DNA from: an uncultured delta proteobacterium
GTDB taxonomy: Bacteria; Desulfobacterota; Syntrophorhabdia; Syntrophorhabdales; WCHB1-27
Assembly (NCBI GenBank): GCA_963810935.1
Contig: CAWEPK010000010.1
Location: 1 to 64,000 of the forward strand
Direction: 5' to 3'
DNA length: 64,000 nucleotides
The notes under the pieces were generated by a model, which saw only the letters and a program-made list of their open reading frames with translations, did not search any database and was not told the DNA's origin. How positions within the stretch are numbered: the first letter of the stretch is position 1; the number at the start of each line of letters is the position of its first letter. This document shows positions 11,112 through 21,045 of this stretch, piece after piece. The translations under genes and the position numbers were made by a program.

Positions 11112-11321
11112 ATGGATGGAAAGGTAGCACGGATTACGGAACTCGTCGCCGGCTCCGCCAAGAGCTTCGATGACGCGGTTACAGTAGGTTTCAAAAGGGC
11201 CTCGAAGACATTGAGGGGCATATCGGGGATCAAAGTCAAGGACTGGCGGGCAAAGGTCGAGGACGGGAAGATCGTGGAATACAGGGTTACCCTGGAAGTC
11301 GTTTTTATACTGGAGAGTTGA
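11112..11321 (+). CDS. Dodecin family protein
   Basis: 69 aa; ELVAGS..SFDDAV...RASKTLR...VEDGKIVEYRVTLEVVF pattern; GGGAGGG RBS upstream. Confidence 0.88.
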   Translation: MDGKVARITELVAGSAKSFDDAVTVGFKRASKTLRGISGIKVKDWRAKVEDGKIVEYRVTLEVVFILES

Positions 11322-12249
11322 CGCGCAGGCCCGCATCGGCCGGGCGCCCTTTCAGGTGCCACAGGAGAAGGCGCGCATAATAACCGTACCTTCTCCTGAC
11401 CGACTTTCCAAACAGCACAAAAGGCAATAGCGTAGCAGGCAGAAGGAACATGACGGCCTTGCACAGCCGCACGAACGCGAAGGTTGCGCAGTAAGGCCGG
11501 GAATGGTATTTCTGCATAAACGCGTGAAGAGAGATTGCGTACTCCATCCTGCCCCGGACCCAGGATTGCGACACGGTCCTGCCCTGCAGATGGACGAGCC
11601 TGGATGCGGGAAGGAAAACCACCCGGAAGCCGCTCCTTGACGCGCGCAGGCAGAGGTCCGTCTCCTCGAGGAAGAAGAAGAACCTCTCGTCAAAGCCCCC
11701 CGCGACATCGAAAACACGGCGCCTCACCATCAGGGCTGCGCCTATGAGGGACGCCACATCGGTCGGCCCGGTCAGTCCTTCGCCCTTTGTCCTGAACCTG
11801 CCGGAAAAGAGCGCGAGCAAAGCCCCGGGCAAGAGCTCCAATGCGAGGCTCGGTATGGGGGCAAAGGAACGCTGCGGCCTTCCGTCTTCGTAGACGAGCT
11901 GCGGCGCGGCAATGCCTATCGATCCATCCTGCCGCATGTGGTCCAGCAGCTTGATTATCTCGCCCTCGATCAGGCGCGTATCCGAATTGAGAAACAGGAC
12001 AAACTCGCCGGAGGACCGCCGTAAACCAATATTTGCCGCGGCTGCAAACCCCCTGTTTTCCTGACTGCCTGCATAAGAGAAATGCGGGAAGCGGGAGGCC
12101 ACCATTGCTTCCGTCCCGTCGGTCGAGCCGTTGTCGACGACGATCACTTCCCGCAACGCGGCCTGAAGCGGCCTATCCGCTTCTATGGACGCGAGCAGGC
12201 CGGCGACCAAGTCGCACGTATTCCTGGTTATGATGATTATCGAAAGCAC
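11305..12249 (-). CDS. Glycosyltransferase family 2
   Basis: LSIIII, VVDNGSTDGT, NRGFAAAAN, FLNSD, FDERFFFFLEETDLC. Confidence 0.92.
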   Translation of the reverse strand: MLSIIIITRNTCDLVAGLLASIEADRPLQAALREVIVVDNGSTDGTEAMVASRFPHFSYAGSQENRGFAAAANIGLRRSSGEFVLFLNSDTRLIEGEIIKLLDHMRQDGSIGIAAPQLVYEDGRPQRSFAPIPSLALELLPGALLALFSGRFRTKGEGLTGPTDVASLIGAALMVRRRVFDVAGGFDERFFFFLEETDLCLRASRSGFRVVFLPASRLVHLQGRTVSQSWVRGRMEYAISLHAFMQKYHSRPYCATFAFVRLCKAVMFLLPATLLPFVLFGKSVRRRYGYYARLLLWHLKGRPADAGLRVNSPV

Positions 12250-12297
12250 CGGTATATCCTACCCTACACACCAAAGACAGCGCAAGGGTGGCCGGCG

Positions 12298-12720
12298 CTA
12301 TACCGCCAGTTGCGGTAACTCGTCCTTTTTCCGGTAGACCAGCGCCTGGCAAATAGCCACCAGGCCGTCGCTGTCCTCCACCGTGATATAGTACGTGGCC
12401 GTCTTCCTGCCCTTGTTGGTCTCCGTCGATTTCGCGCGCAGCAGGCTGTTTTTCTTTGCCGGTTTAATGTAGGTGACGTTCATATTGAGGGCAACCGCCG
12501 TAGTGCCGTGGCTGTTCGACGATATCTCGAACGCCTCGTCGATCAGGGAGAAGACGGCTCCGCCGTGCGCAGTGCCGTGTATGTTGTCCATCGACTCCTT
12601 ATACTCCATCTCGCACAGGGCGTAGCCGTCGTCCACGTCTACCAGCCTTATCTCCATGAGCTGTGCGAAAGGCTCCCCCGACACGATCTTCCTGAATGCC
12701 TGTTTCCTTGCATCTTCCAT
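12298..12720 (-). CDS. PaaI-family hotdog thioesterase
   Basis: N.HGTAHGGAVFSLID motif; start at MEDARK with GGGGG RBS. Confidence 0.9.
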   Translation of the reverse strand: MEDARKQAFRKIVSGEPFAQLMEIRLVDVDDGYALCEMEYKESMDNIHGTAHGGAVFSLIDEAFEISSNSHGTTAVALNMNVTYIKPAKKNSLLRAKSTETNKGRKTATYYITVEDSDGLVAICQALVYRKKDELPQLAV

Positions 12721-12748
12721 TATCGGACCCCCCTGTACAAGAATGGTA

Positions 12749-14140
12749 TTATTGCTTCCTGCCCGGCGCCAGCGACGCAAAAATTCCGCAGCCGCAGAGA
12801 ACGGCGAAAACGGAGAAAACGACGCCTACACTTTTTAAAAAGGCATGATAGCGGTCCGGTGTTATCTGGACCTGGCCTACATAGAGAGAAAAAATGAGCA
12901 TCGAAATGCCGATGCTGAACGAGTTACCCAGGAGCCGCATCGTCTGGGAGACGCCCGAGGCCACCCCGTATAAGCGCTCGTCCACCGAACTCATTGTCGC
13001 GTTAGTGTTGGGAGAGGAGAAAAGCGCGAAGCCGAGGCCGTGGAGGGCCAGCGTGCCGACGACCAGCCAGAGCGGCGTTTCCTCGCCGAGGAATGCGAAC
13101 AATATCAGCCCGACGACGGTACATGCCATGCCGACGGAGGCCACGTTCCTGGGGTCTCTCCTGTCGGATAACCTGCCGGCGTACGGAGAAAAGACGGCCT
13201 GCACAACGGGCTGCGCAATCAGGATCAGGCCCGCAGTCCTGGGGTTCAGGTGCTTGGTGTATTGCAGGTAGAGGCTCATGAGGAAGCCTATGGCATAGGT
13301 CGCCGCGTAGTTGATGAATGCAGCCAGGTTCGACAGCACGAAGACGCGGTTATACCGAAACAGCCGCAAGTCCAGCAAAGGAAATTCCCTGTGTTTCTCC
13401 CATTTAACAAAAACAGCCATGCAGGCGATGCCGGCGCCAAGCCCCATGAACCCCTCCTTCGCCGGCAGCAAGCGGAAACCGTAGAGGACAACGCCCAGGG
13501 CTATACAGTAGACGACAGAGCCGAAGACATCGAAGTACTCCTTACTGCCGTCGGCCCATTCTCCCTTGAGCTTTGCGGACGCCCATAGCGTGATGGTAAT
13601 GCCCATGAAAGCGGAGACGAAGAAAATGCTCCTCCATCCCCACTGCTGGGTGAGGAAGCCGCCTATCGGCGGGCCCATGGAGAGTCCGCAGTAGACCGCG
13701 GCGAGCGCCAGGCCGAGCACCTTCCCTCTTTCGGCTGCTGCGAAAACCGACATGAGGATTGCGATCCCATTGCCGTAGATCATGGCGCTCCCCAGCCCCT
13801 GGAGGCACCTCGCTGCGATAAGCACGCGCCCGGTCGTCGAAAAACCGCATACAATGGTGGAAAACGAGAAGAAGGCCATCCCCCAGAGGAAGAGCTTCTT
13901 CCTCCCCCAGATATCGGCCATCCTCCCGAAAGGCAGCACGAATATGGCCCCGGGGACGACATACGCCAAAGGGACGAAGGTCATGAGCACCGCGTCCATG
14001 CGGAGGTCGGCCGACATGGCAGGCAGCGCAATGTTCGTGCTCGACATCATGAAGGGTGAAAGGAAAGAAGAGACAAGGGCGGCAGCAAGCGCCGCCTTCC
14101 TCGTTGTTTCGTCAGACCGTGCGTCGGCGCCCGCACTCAT
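12749..14140 (-). CDS. MFS transporter (DHA2/EmrB-like)
   Basis: NIALP, GRMADIWGRKK, RCLQGLG, GPPIGGFL, WRSIFF, GRLSDR; many hydrophobic helices. Confidence 0.9.
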   Translation of the reverse strand: MSAGADARSDETTRKAALAAALVSSFLSPFMMSSTNIALPAMSADLRMDAVLMTFVPLAYVVPGAIFVLPFGRMADIWGRKKLFLWGMAFFSFSTIVCGFSTTGRVLIAARCLQGLGSAMIYGNGIAILMSVFAAAERGKVLGLALAAVYCGLSMGPPIGGFLTQQWGWRSIFFVSAFMGITITLWASAKLKGEWADGSKEYFDVFGSVVYCIALGVVLYGFRLLPAKEGFMGLGAGIACMAVFVKWEKHREFPLLDLRLFRYNRVFVLSNLAAFINYAATYAIGFLMSLYLQYTKHLNPRTAGLILIAQPVVQAVFSPYAGRLSDRRDPRNVASVGMACTVVGLILFAFLGEETPLWLVVGTLALHGLGFALFSSPNTNATMSSVDERLYGVASGVSQTMRLLGNSFSIGISMLIFSLYVGQVQITPDRYHAFLKSVGVVFSVFAVLCGCGIFASLAPGRKQ

Positions 14141-14223
14141 TTACATTTCCCAGGATGCATGACTTCTCAGTTTATCACAACGAGTCGGCGGATCAAGCAA
14201 TGGACCTCCCTTCGAGATATAAG

Positions 14224-14300
14224 GCTCCTTCATCCTTTTTATGAGGGGGTGGCTCCGCGAGCTTTGCTCGTGGAGGGGGCGACGCTAGCCCCAGTAATTG
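14224..14300. repeat. 77-bp REP-like double-hairpin element (dispersed copy)
   Basis: Reverse complement of the unit CAATTACYGGGGCTAGCGTCGCCCCCTCCACGAGCAAAGCTCGCGGAGCC...CTCATAAARAGGATGAAGRAGC seen at 27293-27577. Confidence 0.9.
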
Positions 14301-14309
14301 TGCGCCTTT

Positions 14310-15401
14310 TTATGCGAGCGTCCTCAGTATCTCGACGCCTTTCTCAATGGCGGGCAGGCCGGCCGCGAAGGAGATGCGCACGTGCGATTTTTTGAGGGAG
14401 AAGACGCTGCCCGGTATGATGAAGAGCCTGTTCCTGAGCGCGCGCTCCACGAAGGCGTCGCCGTCGCCCTCCGGTGTTTCGGGGAATATGTAGTAAGCCC
14501 CTTGCGGCTTCACTACGCGGTACTTGTCTTTGATGCCCTCGTAGATCAGGTCCCTTTTCTGCCTGTACCCTTCTATAAGGCTGCTCGTGTCGTAGTCCAT
14601 GGCGAAGAGGGCGGCCTTTTGCGCCACGGAGTTGACCGCGCTGAACGCATACTGCTGCATGGTAACCATGCTGTCGATGATCTCGGCGGGGCCGGCCGCA
14701 AAGCCGATGCGCCATCCCGTCATGCCCCAGTCCTTCGAGAACCCGCCGAAAGTCAGCGTATTTTCGTAGAGGCTCCCGAAATAACCGGGTGCTCCGTTGA
14801 AAACAAAGCGGTCGTATATGTCATCCGAGAAGACGAGCAGGTTCCTCTCTCTTGCAACACGCGCCACCATCTCAAGCTCGCCGGCCGAATAGACGGCGCC
14901 CGTGGGGTTGTTGGGGCTGTTGATGAGGATCCCTTTGGTCCTCGGGGATATGGCTGCCCGCAGGTCCTTTTCCCTCAGCTTGAAATCGGGGTATGTGTCG
15001 AAAAAAACCGGCTTGCCGCCGAGGAGGAGCACCTGGTATTCGTAAAGCACGAAATACGGGTCGGGGATTATCACCTCGTCGCCGGGGTTGAGGGTGACCA
15101 TGAAGGCGAGCAGCAGGCCGCCCGTGACACCCGGCGTGATAATGGCGTCATCGCACGAAACACGCTTCGCACGGAGATATTTTAGTACCTTCCCGCGCAG
15201 CTCCGGCAACCCGCCGGAAGGCGTATACTTGTTGAACCCGCCCCGGATAGCCCTTACCGCCTCCTCCTTGACCGGCTCGGGCACGTCGAAGTCCGGCTCG
15301 CCCAGGCTTAAATCGACCGGGTCCTTGACGGTCCTGGCAAGGTCGAAGATACGTCTCACCCCCGACGGCTTTATGCGCGCAACCCTATCTGCAATCCACA
15401 T
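14310..15401 (-). CDS. Class I/II PLP-dependent aminotransferase (aspartate/aromatic type)
   Basis: LSLGEPDF, YTPSGGLPELR, NSPNNPTG, SDDIY, GFSKDWGMTGWRIG. Confidence 0.92.
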   Translation of the reverse strand: MWIADRVARIKPSGVRRIFDLARTVKDPVDLSLGEPDFDVPEPVKEEAVRAIRGGFNKYTPSGGLPELRGKVLKYLRAKRVSCDDAIITPGVTGGLLLAFMVTLNPGDEVIIPDPYFVLYEYQVLLLGGKPVFFDTYPDFKLREKDLRAAISPRTKGILINSPNNPTGAVYSAGELEMVARVARERNLLVFSDDIYDRFVFNGAPGYFGSLYENTLTFGGFSKDWGMTGWRIGFAAGPAEIIDSMVTMQQYAFSAVNSVAQKAALFAMDYDTSSLIEGYRQKRDLIYEGIKDKYRVVKPQGAYYIFPETPEGDGDAFVERALRNRLFIIPGSVFSLKKSHVRISFAAGLPAIEKGVEILRTLA

Positions 15402-15516
15402 ATCTGCTCCTTACGGTCTCTCCTGTCGCGGACGTCCTCGCAAGGTCGGACCGGATATTGTACCACTTTTTGGGCAGGTCCTTTTCATCGAGAATAATTT
15501 TTGTTCGATTCTCCAT
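15385..15516 (-). pseudogene. TrpB2-like N-terminal stub (43-codon ORF; first ~25 aa TrpB2-like)
   Basis: GGAGGT RBS then MENRTKIILDEKDLPKKWYNIRSDL, matching the KxxLxExxxPxxWYNIxxDL start of TrpB2 proteins; then diverges and stops within the first codons of the aminotransferase. Confidence 0.65.
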
Positions 15517-15542
15517 GCTGACCTCCAATCATAAATTTACCC

Positions 15543-15621
15543 GAAAAGAATAGGGCCATGAGGCACGCTCATGGCCCTATAAAACAAAGGCCATGAGCGA
15601 TACGCGAAACCGCTCATGGCC
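15543..15621 (-). terminator. Two tandem attenuator terminator hairpins
   Basis: Minus strand GGCCATGAGCG-N11-CGCTCATGGCC-TTTGTTTT, then ATAGGGCCATGAG-N5-CTCATGGCCCTAT-TCTTTT. Confidence 0.8.
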
Positions 15622-15643
15622 GAAAAGTGCCGGCGGCCTCACG

Positions 15644-15697
15644 TCATGAGGTCCACCACCACCAGCCTTCGCGCTTAATGTTTGTCTTTACGGACAT
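15644..15697 (-). CDS. trpL: Trp attenuator leader peptide MSVKTNIKREGWWWWTS
   Basis: ATG TCC GTA AAG ACA AAC ATT AAG CGC GAA GGC TGG TGG TGG TGG ACC TCA TGA, directly upstream of terminator hairpins and a TrpB2-like start. Confidence 0.85.
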   Translation of the reverse strand: MSVKTNIKREGWWWWTS

Positions 15698-15767
15698 ATC
15701 CTTTTATAGCACGGGCTGCGGGCGGGCGTCAACAGGTTTCGGGGCGCATATTGTTATTGGAGGTGAG

Positions 15768-18311
15768 ATGGACAAAAACGAAGCTGCGGGCCGCGATCTG
15801 CGTGACGTGCTGGCGGCCCTCGGCACGTCTGAAGCAGGTCTTGCGGGCCTCGATGCGCAAAAACGGCTTGCCGGGACAGGCAGAAACGTCATAAGGAGAA
15901 GACGCGTGCAGGCCCTCGCTGTGCTCGCCAGGCAGGCTCGAAAGCTCTCTGGCCTATCTGCTTATGGCTGCCTGCGTTATCTCCCTGTTTCTCCGCAACA
16001 TCTCCGATGCCATAGTGATTGCCGCCATACTCTGCATCAACACGCTCCTGGCTTTCTTTCAGGAATACAGGTCTGAGAAGACCATCGAGAAGCTGAACAG
16101 GCTCGTCAGCAAACGGGTCTTCGCCAGAAGGGACGGGAGGCTCGTCCTGATCGACGAGGAAGAGCTTGTGCCGGGCGATATCGCGGTGCTCAGGGAAGGC
16201 GACGTGGTGCCCGCCGATATGCGGCTCGTTGAGGCGGACAACCTTGAGGTCGATGAATCGCCGCTCACCGGCGAGTCGGTCTCCGTGTTGAAACAGGCCA
16301 CAGGCGCGGCGGCCGGAGTCAATGGACCGGACCGGCAAAATGCGACCCTCCTTTTCGCCGGGACCACGGTGCGCAAAGGCAAGGCCGTAGGCGCCGTCTA
16401 TGCGACCGGCAATAATACGGATCTCGGCCGCATAGCCTATCTCTCGGCCGGCGCAAAGAGGGTGACGCAGTACGAAAGGTCGCTGCAATCTTTCAGCTCG
16501 TTCCTTATTAAGATGGTATTTATAGCCCTCGTCGTGGTCTTGGCCCTGAAGCTCATCGTTATCCGGGACCTTTCGTCGATAGGCCCTCTTCTGCTCTTTC
16601 TCGTGGCGCTGGCGATAGCCGTTGTACCGGAGGCCCTTCCCGTCATCGCGACGGTCACGATGTCGGCCGGCGCGTCGAAGCTCGCGCGGAAGCAGGTCAT
16701 CGTAAAGCGCCTCTCTTCGCTGGAAGACCTGGGCAACATCAACCTTCTCTGCACCGATAAAACGGGCACTCTGACCGAGAACCGCATGGCCGTTGCCGGC
16801 ATTACTTCCGTCGATCCCCGCCTTTTTCAAAGGCTGGCATTCGCCGGCATAGAGGCGGCCGATATCGAGGAGGGGAGGAACCCCTACGACCTGGCTTTCC
16901 TCCACTTTGTCCCCCGCGACATCAAGGAAGAGGCGGCGCAGTTGAAAATCGTCAGGGAGTGCCTTTCGACCCGGAGACACGCCAAAAGCGCATCGTCTTC
17001 CGGGAGGCGGCATCCGGCAAGCATCTTCTCGCGGTCTACGGCGCGCCGGAGACGCTCATGCAAACGGCGCACACCGATAAGCCGGAAGAGTATGCGTCAC
17101 GGCTAAGGACAGAAGGCGAAAGCGGCCTGCGCAGCCTCGCTATCGCCTGCGGCGAGATGAAAAACGCCGACGCGCCCATTGATGAAGACGGAAACGGCGT
17201 ACCCCTTGTCTTCCTCGGCTTTGCCACGTTCACGAGCCCCCTGCGGGCGAGCGCCAAAAAGACGATAGAGACGGCCCGCAAGATGGGAATAGAAATCAAG
17301 ATCCTGTCGGGCGATTCCAGGGAGGTCGTCGAATACGTGGCCCGCGAAGTGGGCCTTATCGAGGCGGGCGAGCGCGTCCTCACGGAGGACGACCTTGCCG
17401 CAATGACACCTGCCCGTCTCAAGCACGCCGCCCTTTCGTGCAAGGCTTTCGCCCGCGTATCGCCCGCCCGCAAGCTCGAGCTGATCGACCTGGTGAAAGA
17501 AGAGACCGTCGTCGCCTACCAGGGAGACGGCATCAACGACGCGCCTGCGCTCAAGGCGGCCGACGTCGGCATCGCTGTGGATTCGGCGACCGACATCGCG
17601 AAAGAGAGTGCCGACATCATCCTTCTGAACGACGGCCTGGATGTGCTCATTAACGGCATCGATTACGGCAGGTCGATCTTTGTCAACATCAACAAGTATA
17701 TAAGGTATACGATGGTGGGGAACTGGGGCAATTTTTTCGCCCTGGCGACTTTATACGTCCTGGCGTCCCGCCTGCCTCTTCTGCCTGTACAGGTGCTGCT
17801 CACAAGCCTCATCACGGACGTGCCTCTCATCATGATAGCGGGCGACGCAGTCGACCCGAATGAAGTGGAACGGCCGGAGAAGCGCGACGTCCGGGGTCTA
17901 TTTCTGATCTCCCTTATCCTCGGCGTGCCGACCGCCGTTTTCGAGCTTCTCTTCTTCAGCATGCTTGCAGGCCGGCCAGCGCCTTCGGCCCGGACGGCCT
18001 TCTTCCTCTACCTGACGTTTATGCAGCTTGCCGTGATTTTTTCCGTAAGGAACAGGGATTTCTTCTGGAAGGGTGAAAAACCGTGGGTCGTATTGACGGC
18101 CGCCTTCGCCGCCGCTTTTATCTTCTCTCTGGCGTTGCCTTATCTACCTGTCTTCCAATCCGTATTCTCGTTCGTGCCTCTGCCGGCCTATGAGGTGGTC
18201 CGCATAATCTTGATGACCGCCTTCTATTTCATCGTAGTGGACGCGGTGAAGGTGCTCCACTACAGGCAGTTTGCCCCCATATTATTCAGGACCGCCGCTG
18301 GAGAGCGGTAA
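15768..18311 (+). pseudogene. P-type cation ATPase (MgtA/Pma1-like) with two frameshifts (~15936, ~16958)
   Basis: VPAD, DESPLTGES, VPEALP, DKTGTLTEN, PFDP, SGD, GDGINDAPAL spread over three frames; GGAGGTG RBS before 15768. Confidence 0.85.
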
Positions 18312-18326
18312 GCGTACGCTGGAATC

Positions 18327-18357
18327 AAAAAAACCCTCCCCCATGAGGGGGGAGGGT
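18327..18357 (-). terminator. Terminator at the end of the dehydratase operon
   Basis: ACCCTCCCCC-loop-GGGGGAGGGT with an A7 tract on the plus strand. Confidence 0.75.
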
Positions 18358-18395
18358 GATGTGCTTTACGCCTGTGAATTTGCTATAAGAAGCGT

Positions 18396-19724
18396 TTACT
18401 TCCGCGCCTTGGCGGTCGCAAGAGTCTCTATAAACGCGTCTATCCTGTTGTGCGTTTCGGCTTCGTTGTAAGAGCTGATATCGACTATGTCGCCCTCCAT
18501 AATCATGACGGGTATGTCGCCGTAGACCTTCTTCAGTACCTCGGCCTGAAGCATGATGCCCGCATGCCATGAGCGGCAGGAGAAGGCTGAATGGAAGACA
18601 ACGCCGTCGCACTTGTAGTCTTCGATGTACTCGATGAGGCGCTCTACCTCCGGCGTCGAGCCGGGGCGGTTTCTCGCCTTGTCGTACCAATGTGTCCAGA
18701 AGCGCACCCATCTCCACGCGAGGTGCTCCAGGGGGTCGTTGGTCTGGGGCAGGTCGAGCCGGTAGACCGCCTCGCTGCACCGGTACGTCGTCTCCACGGG
18801 GAAGACGGCGCCCTGGTTGTTGAAGTACTGGAAGTCAGCCAGGGCGAACCAGGAAGGCAGCCCGGCGCCCCAGAGGAGCCTGTATTTCTCGTTCTCGACG
18901 ACGGCCTCTTTCTTCTCTATCTTCTGCAGAAGCTCCTGCCGCAGGTCGGCATAGAAATCGTAACATTCCTGCGTGCCGAGCATGAAGGAGATGGGGACCA
19001 TCGTATTCATCGCGTCGCCCGTGTCCATAGGGCACGGTATCGCTTTGCGCAGCTCGTAGGTCTCGATGAATATGTTCCACGTCCGGTCCGTCAAATCCAC
19101 GATGGCGGCTAGCTTGTCCCAGTCCATCTTCTTGCCTGTCACCTTCTCGCAGAAGCGGACGCAGGCGTGAAGCTCTTCCGTGCAGTACTTGACGTAGAAC
19201 TTCTCCTGCTCCTTGTGGTCCAGAGTGGGGTCCCACGGCGGGTAATACAAACCTCCTACAAAGACAGGCACGTCGGGCAGGTAGTGCTGCGTCGCCTGAG
19301 GCCATTTATACCTGGGGTCGCACAACTGTTGGCCGGAGCCGAGTATCATGTCCGGCCTGCCCATGCCGCCCCACGGCGGGTTGGGCGGCATTTCGCCCCC
19401 AAGCTCCTCGCGCCACATATCGAACCCAAGGTTGCAGGTGGCATATGTGCACAGGGAGCGGGAGAAGTCTTCGGCCTCCGCCTTCTGGAGGAACCTTTCC
19501 GCGTCGCGCTTGGCGGCGCATATGCCGGAAAAGCTCTCGCCCCAGGCAGGCACAATATCCATCGACCGCATGATCTCATCGACCGCGCAGACTATGAAGG
19601 CGTAGGCAACTTTCTTTCCTTCCGCCCTTGCCTGTACGGTCTGGATCATGTTGGCGCGCGTCATCTTCGGTATTTTTGCCGCTGCGGCCGTCGCAAGCGT
19701 CCTCGGTTTTTTCTCGTCAGCCAT
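18396..19724 (-). CDS. 2-hydroxyacyl-CoA dehydratase / benzoyl-CoA reductase subunit (HgdA/BcrB-like)
   Basis: FSRSLCTYA, QLCD, YRLLWG, DGVVFHSAFSCR, EGDIVD, RIDAFIE. Confidence 0.85.
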   Translation of the reverse strand: MADEKKPRTLATAAAAKIPKMTRANMIQTVQARAEGKKVAYAFIVCAVDEIMRSMDIVPAWGESFSGICAAKRDAERFLQKAEAEDFSRSLCTYATCNLGFDMWREELGGEMPPNPPWGGMGRPDMILGSGQQLCDPRYKWPQATQHYLPDVPVFVGGLYYPPWDPTLDHKEQEKFYVKYCTEELHACVRFCEKVTGKKMDWDKLAAIVDLTDRTWNIFIETYELRKAIPCPMDTGDAMNTMVPISFMLGTQECYDFYADLRQELLQKIEKKEAVVENEKYRLLWGAGLPSWFALADFQYFNNQGAVFPVETTYRCSEAVYRLDLPQTNDPLEHLAWRWVRFWTHWYDKARNRPGSTPEVERLIEYIEDYKCDGVVFHSAFSCRSWHAGIMLQAEVLKKVYGDIPVMIMEGDIVDISSYNEAETHNRIDAFIETLATAKARK

Positions 19725-19744
19725 CTCGTATCCTCCTTACATTC

Positions 19745-20917
19745 TTATGCGATCATTTCGAGGAACGCCTCGATCCTGGTCCTTGTCCTTCCGAGGGTCG
19801 ACGTGGAATATTCGTCCTCAAGATAGAGCACGGACGCCCCTGCCTGCTCGACAAAGCGCTTGATGGCCGGGACCTCGAAACCGTAAGGATCGCAATACTT
19901 GTAGACAAAAATGATAACTCCTTTCACCCCGAAGTCCTTGATATAACTCTTGAGATAGCCGAAGCGGGCCTCAAGGTTCTGCTCGTACGTCTGGCCTTCG
20001 GAGACTATATGCGTCGTGGGTATCTTGATCCTGCGCAGGTAGCGCTCCGAAAGCGCGCCCATCGGGTCGCCGTTTTCGTCCGCGTCCGGCCAGTAGACCT
20101 TGGCGCCGACGGAAAGGTAGTCCATGACCAGCTTTCCACCTGCGTCCTCGATGATTTTAGCTACCGAGGTATTGTCCATCTGATCGCCTATCAGCATGAC
20201 GCGCGCGCCAGGGGCCCCTGACGGGCCAATGCCGGCCTTCCCCCTCTCCTGTACCTCGGCCGTAACGCCCTCGATCAGGGCGGTAGACTCGTCAACGGGC
20301 AGGCTCATCGCCGCCACCAGGACCTGCATCATCTCTACGCCGGAGATAAGGGGCGGGTCCGATTTACGCAGGGCATAAAGCGCCCGCATTGCGCGCCTGT
20401 TGGCGTTGTGCGCCTTGATCGCAGCGGCGAGGTCATCGTTCGTTATCTTTTTGCCGGTGAACTTTTCCAGGCTGCCGGCAAAAACACCCAGAACGGACTT
20501 GAAAAAATCCACGGACGGGTCGTCCGTCACGTGGGGCACATTCAGGAAGTGCCAGTAAGGCAGCTTTAGGGCGTAATACCACTCGTTGTTCGTCTTGTCC
20601 GTGCTGTCGCACTGGTGCGGCAAGACCATGCCGTCTATGTAGTCGAACTTACCCTTCAGCACCGAGTCGAAAACGTTGCGGATGAAGGGGCATACGATCG
20701 TCTCCATGTGCGCGTCCGCCCGCGTGATCGGCTCCGTCACGTCGCCTCTCAGCCGCAAGGGTACGACCCCGGCTGCGGTGAGGACCTCTACGGGCCCGAG
20801 GGCGGTCAGGTAAGCTATCACCTTTTTGCCGGCGGCCTTCAGCTCCCTCGCTCTCAACCCATACTCGTTGTAATATTTTTCCGCCAATGCCAGTCCGTCT
20901 GCCTTCGCGTTCGCCAT
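19745..20917 (-). CDS. 2-hydroxyacyl-CoA dehydratase / benzoyl-CoA reductase subunit (HgdB/BcrC-like)
   Basis: PVEVLTAAG, VCPFIR, PHQCD, YKYCDPY, RTRIEAFLEM. Confidence 0.85.
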   Translation of the reverse strand: MANAKADGLALAEKYYNEYGLRARELKAAGKKVIAYLTALGPVEVLTAAGVVPLRLRGDVTEPITRADAHMETIVCPFIRNVFDSVLKGKFDYIDGMVLPHQCDSTDKTNNEWYYALKLPYWHFLNVPHVTDDPSVDFFKSVLGVFAGSLEKFTGKKITNDDLAAAIKAHNANRRAMRALYALRKSDPPLISGVEMMQVLVAAMSLPVDESTALIEGVTAEVQERGKAGIGPSGAPGARVMLIGDQMDNTSVAKIIEDAGGKLVMDYLSVGAKVYWPDADENGDPMGALSERYLRRIKIPTTHIVSEGQTYEQNLEARFGYLKSYIKDFGVKGVIIFVYKYCDPYGFEVPAIKRFVEQAGASVLYLEDEYSTSTLGRTRTRIEAFLEMIA

Positions 20918-21045
20918 AGTTATCCCTCTTTCTAGAAGCACTTATATTTGTAAAGCGTCGGTTGTCGTTTCTCTTATTGAGTGAGCAGGGGGCAGGCCGT
21001 TATGGCCGGCCCCCTTGCCGTAGTCCTTTCTATAAGTGGTTCTTT

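Noticed and set aside
15540..15700. Mg2+ (M-box) or other riboswitch controlling the P-type ATPase
   Set aside because: The U tracts and the WWWW leader are on the minus strand, pointing away from the ATPase; a Trp attenuator explains them better.
15930..16965. Programmed frameshifting in the P-type ATPase
   Set aside because: No slippery heptamer or stimulatory structure; two opposite indels at short G runs fit sequencing error.
18396..20917. Firm call as class I benzoyl-CoA reductase
   Set aside because: No BcrA/D subunits or dch/had/oah genes are nearby, and it cannot be separated from dehydratases without a phylogeny.
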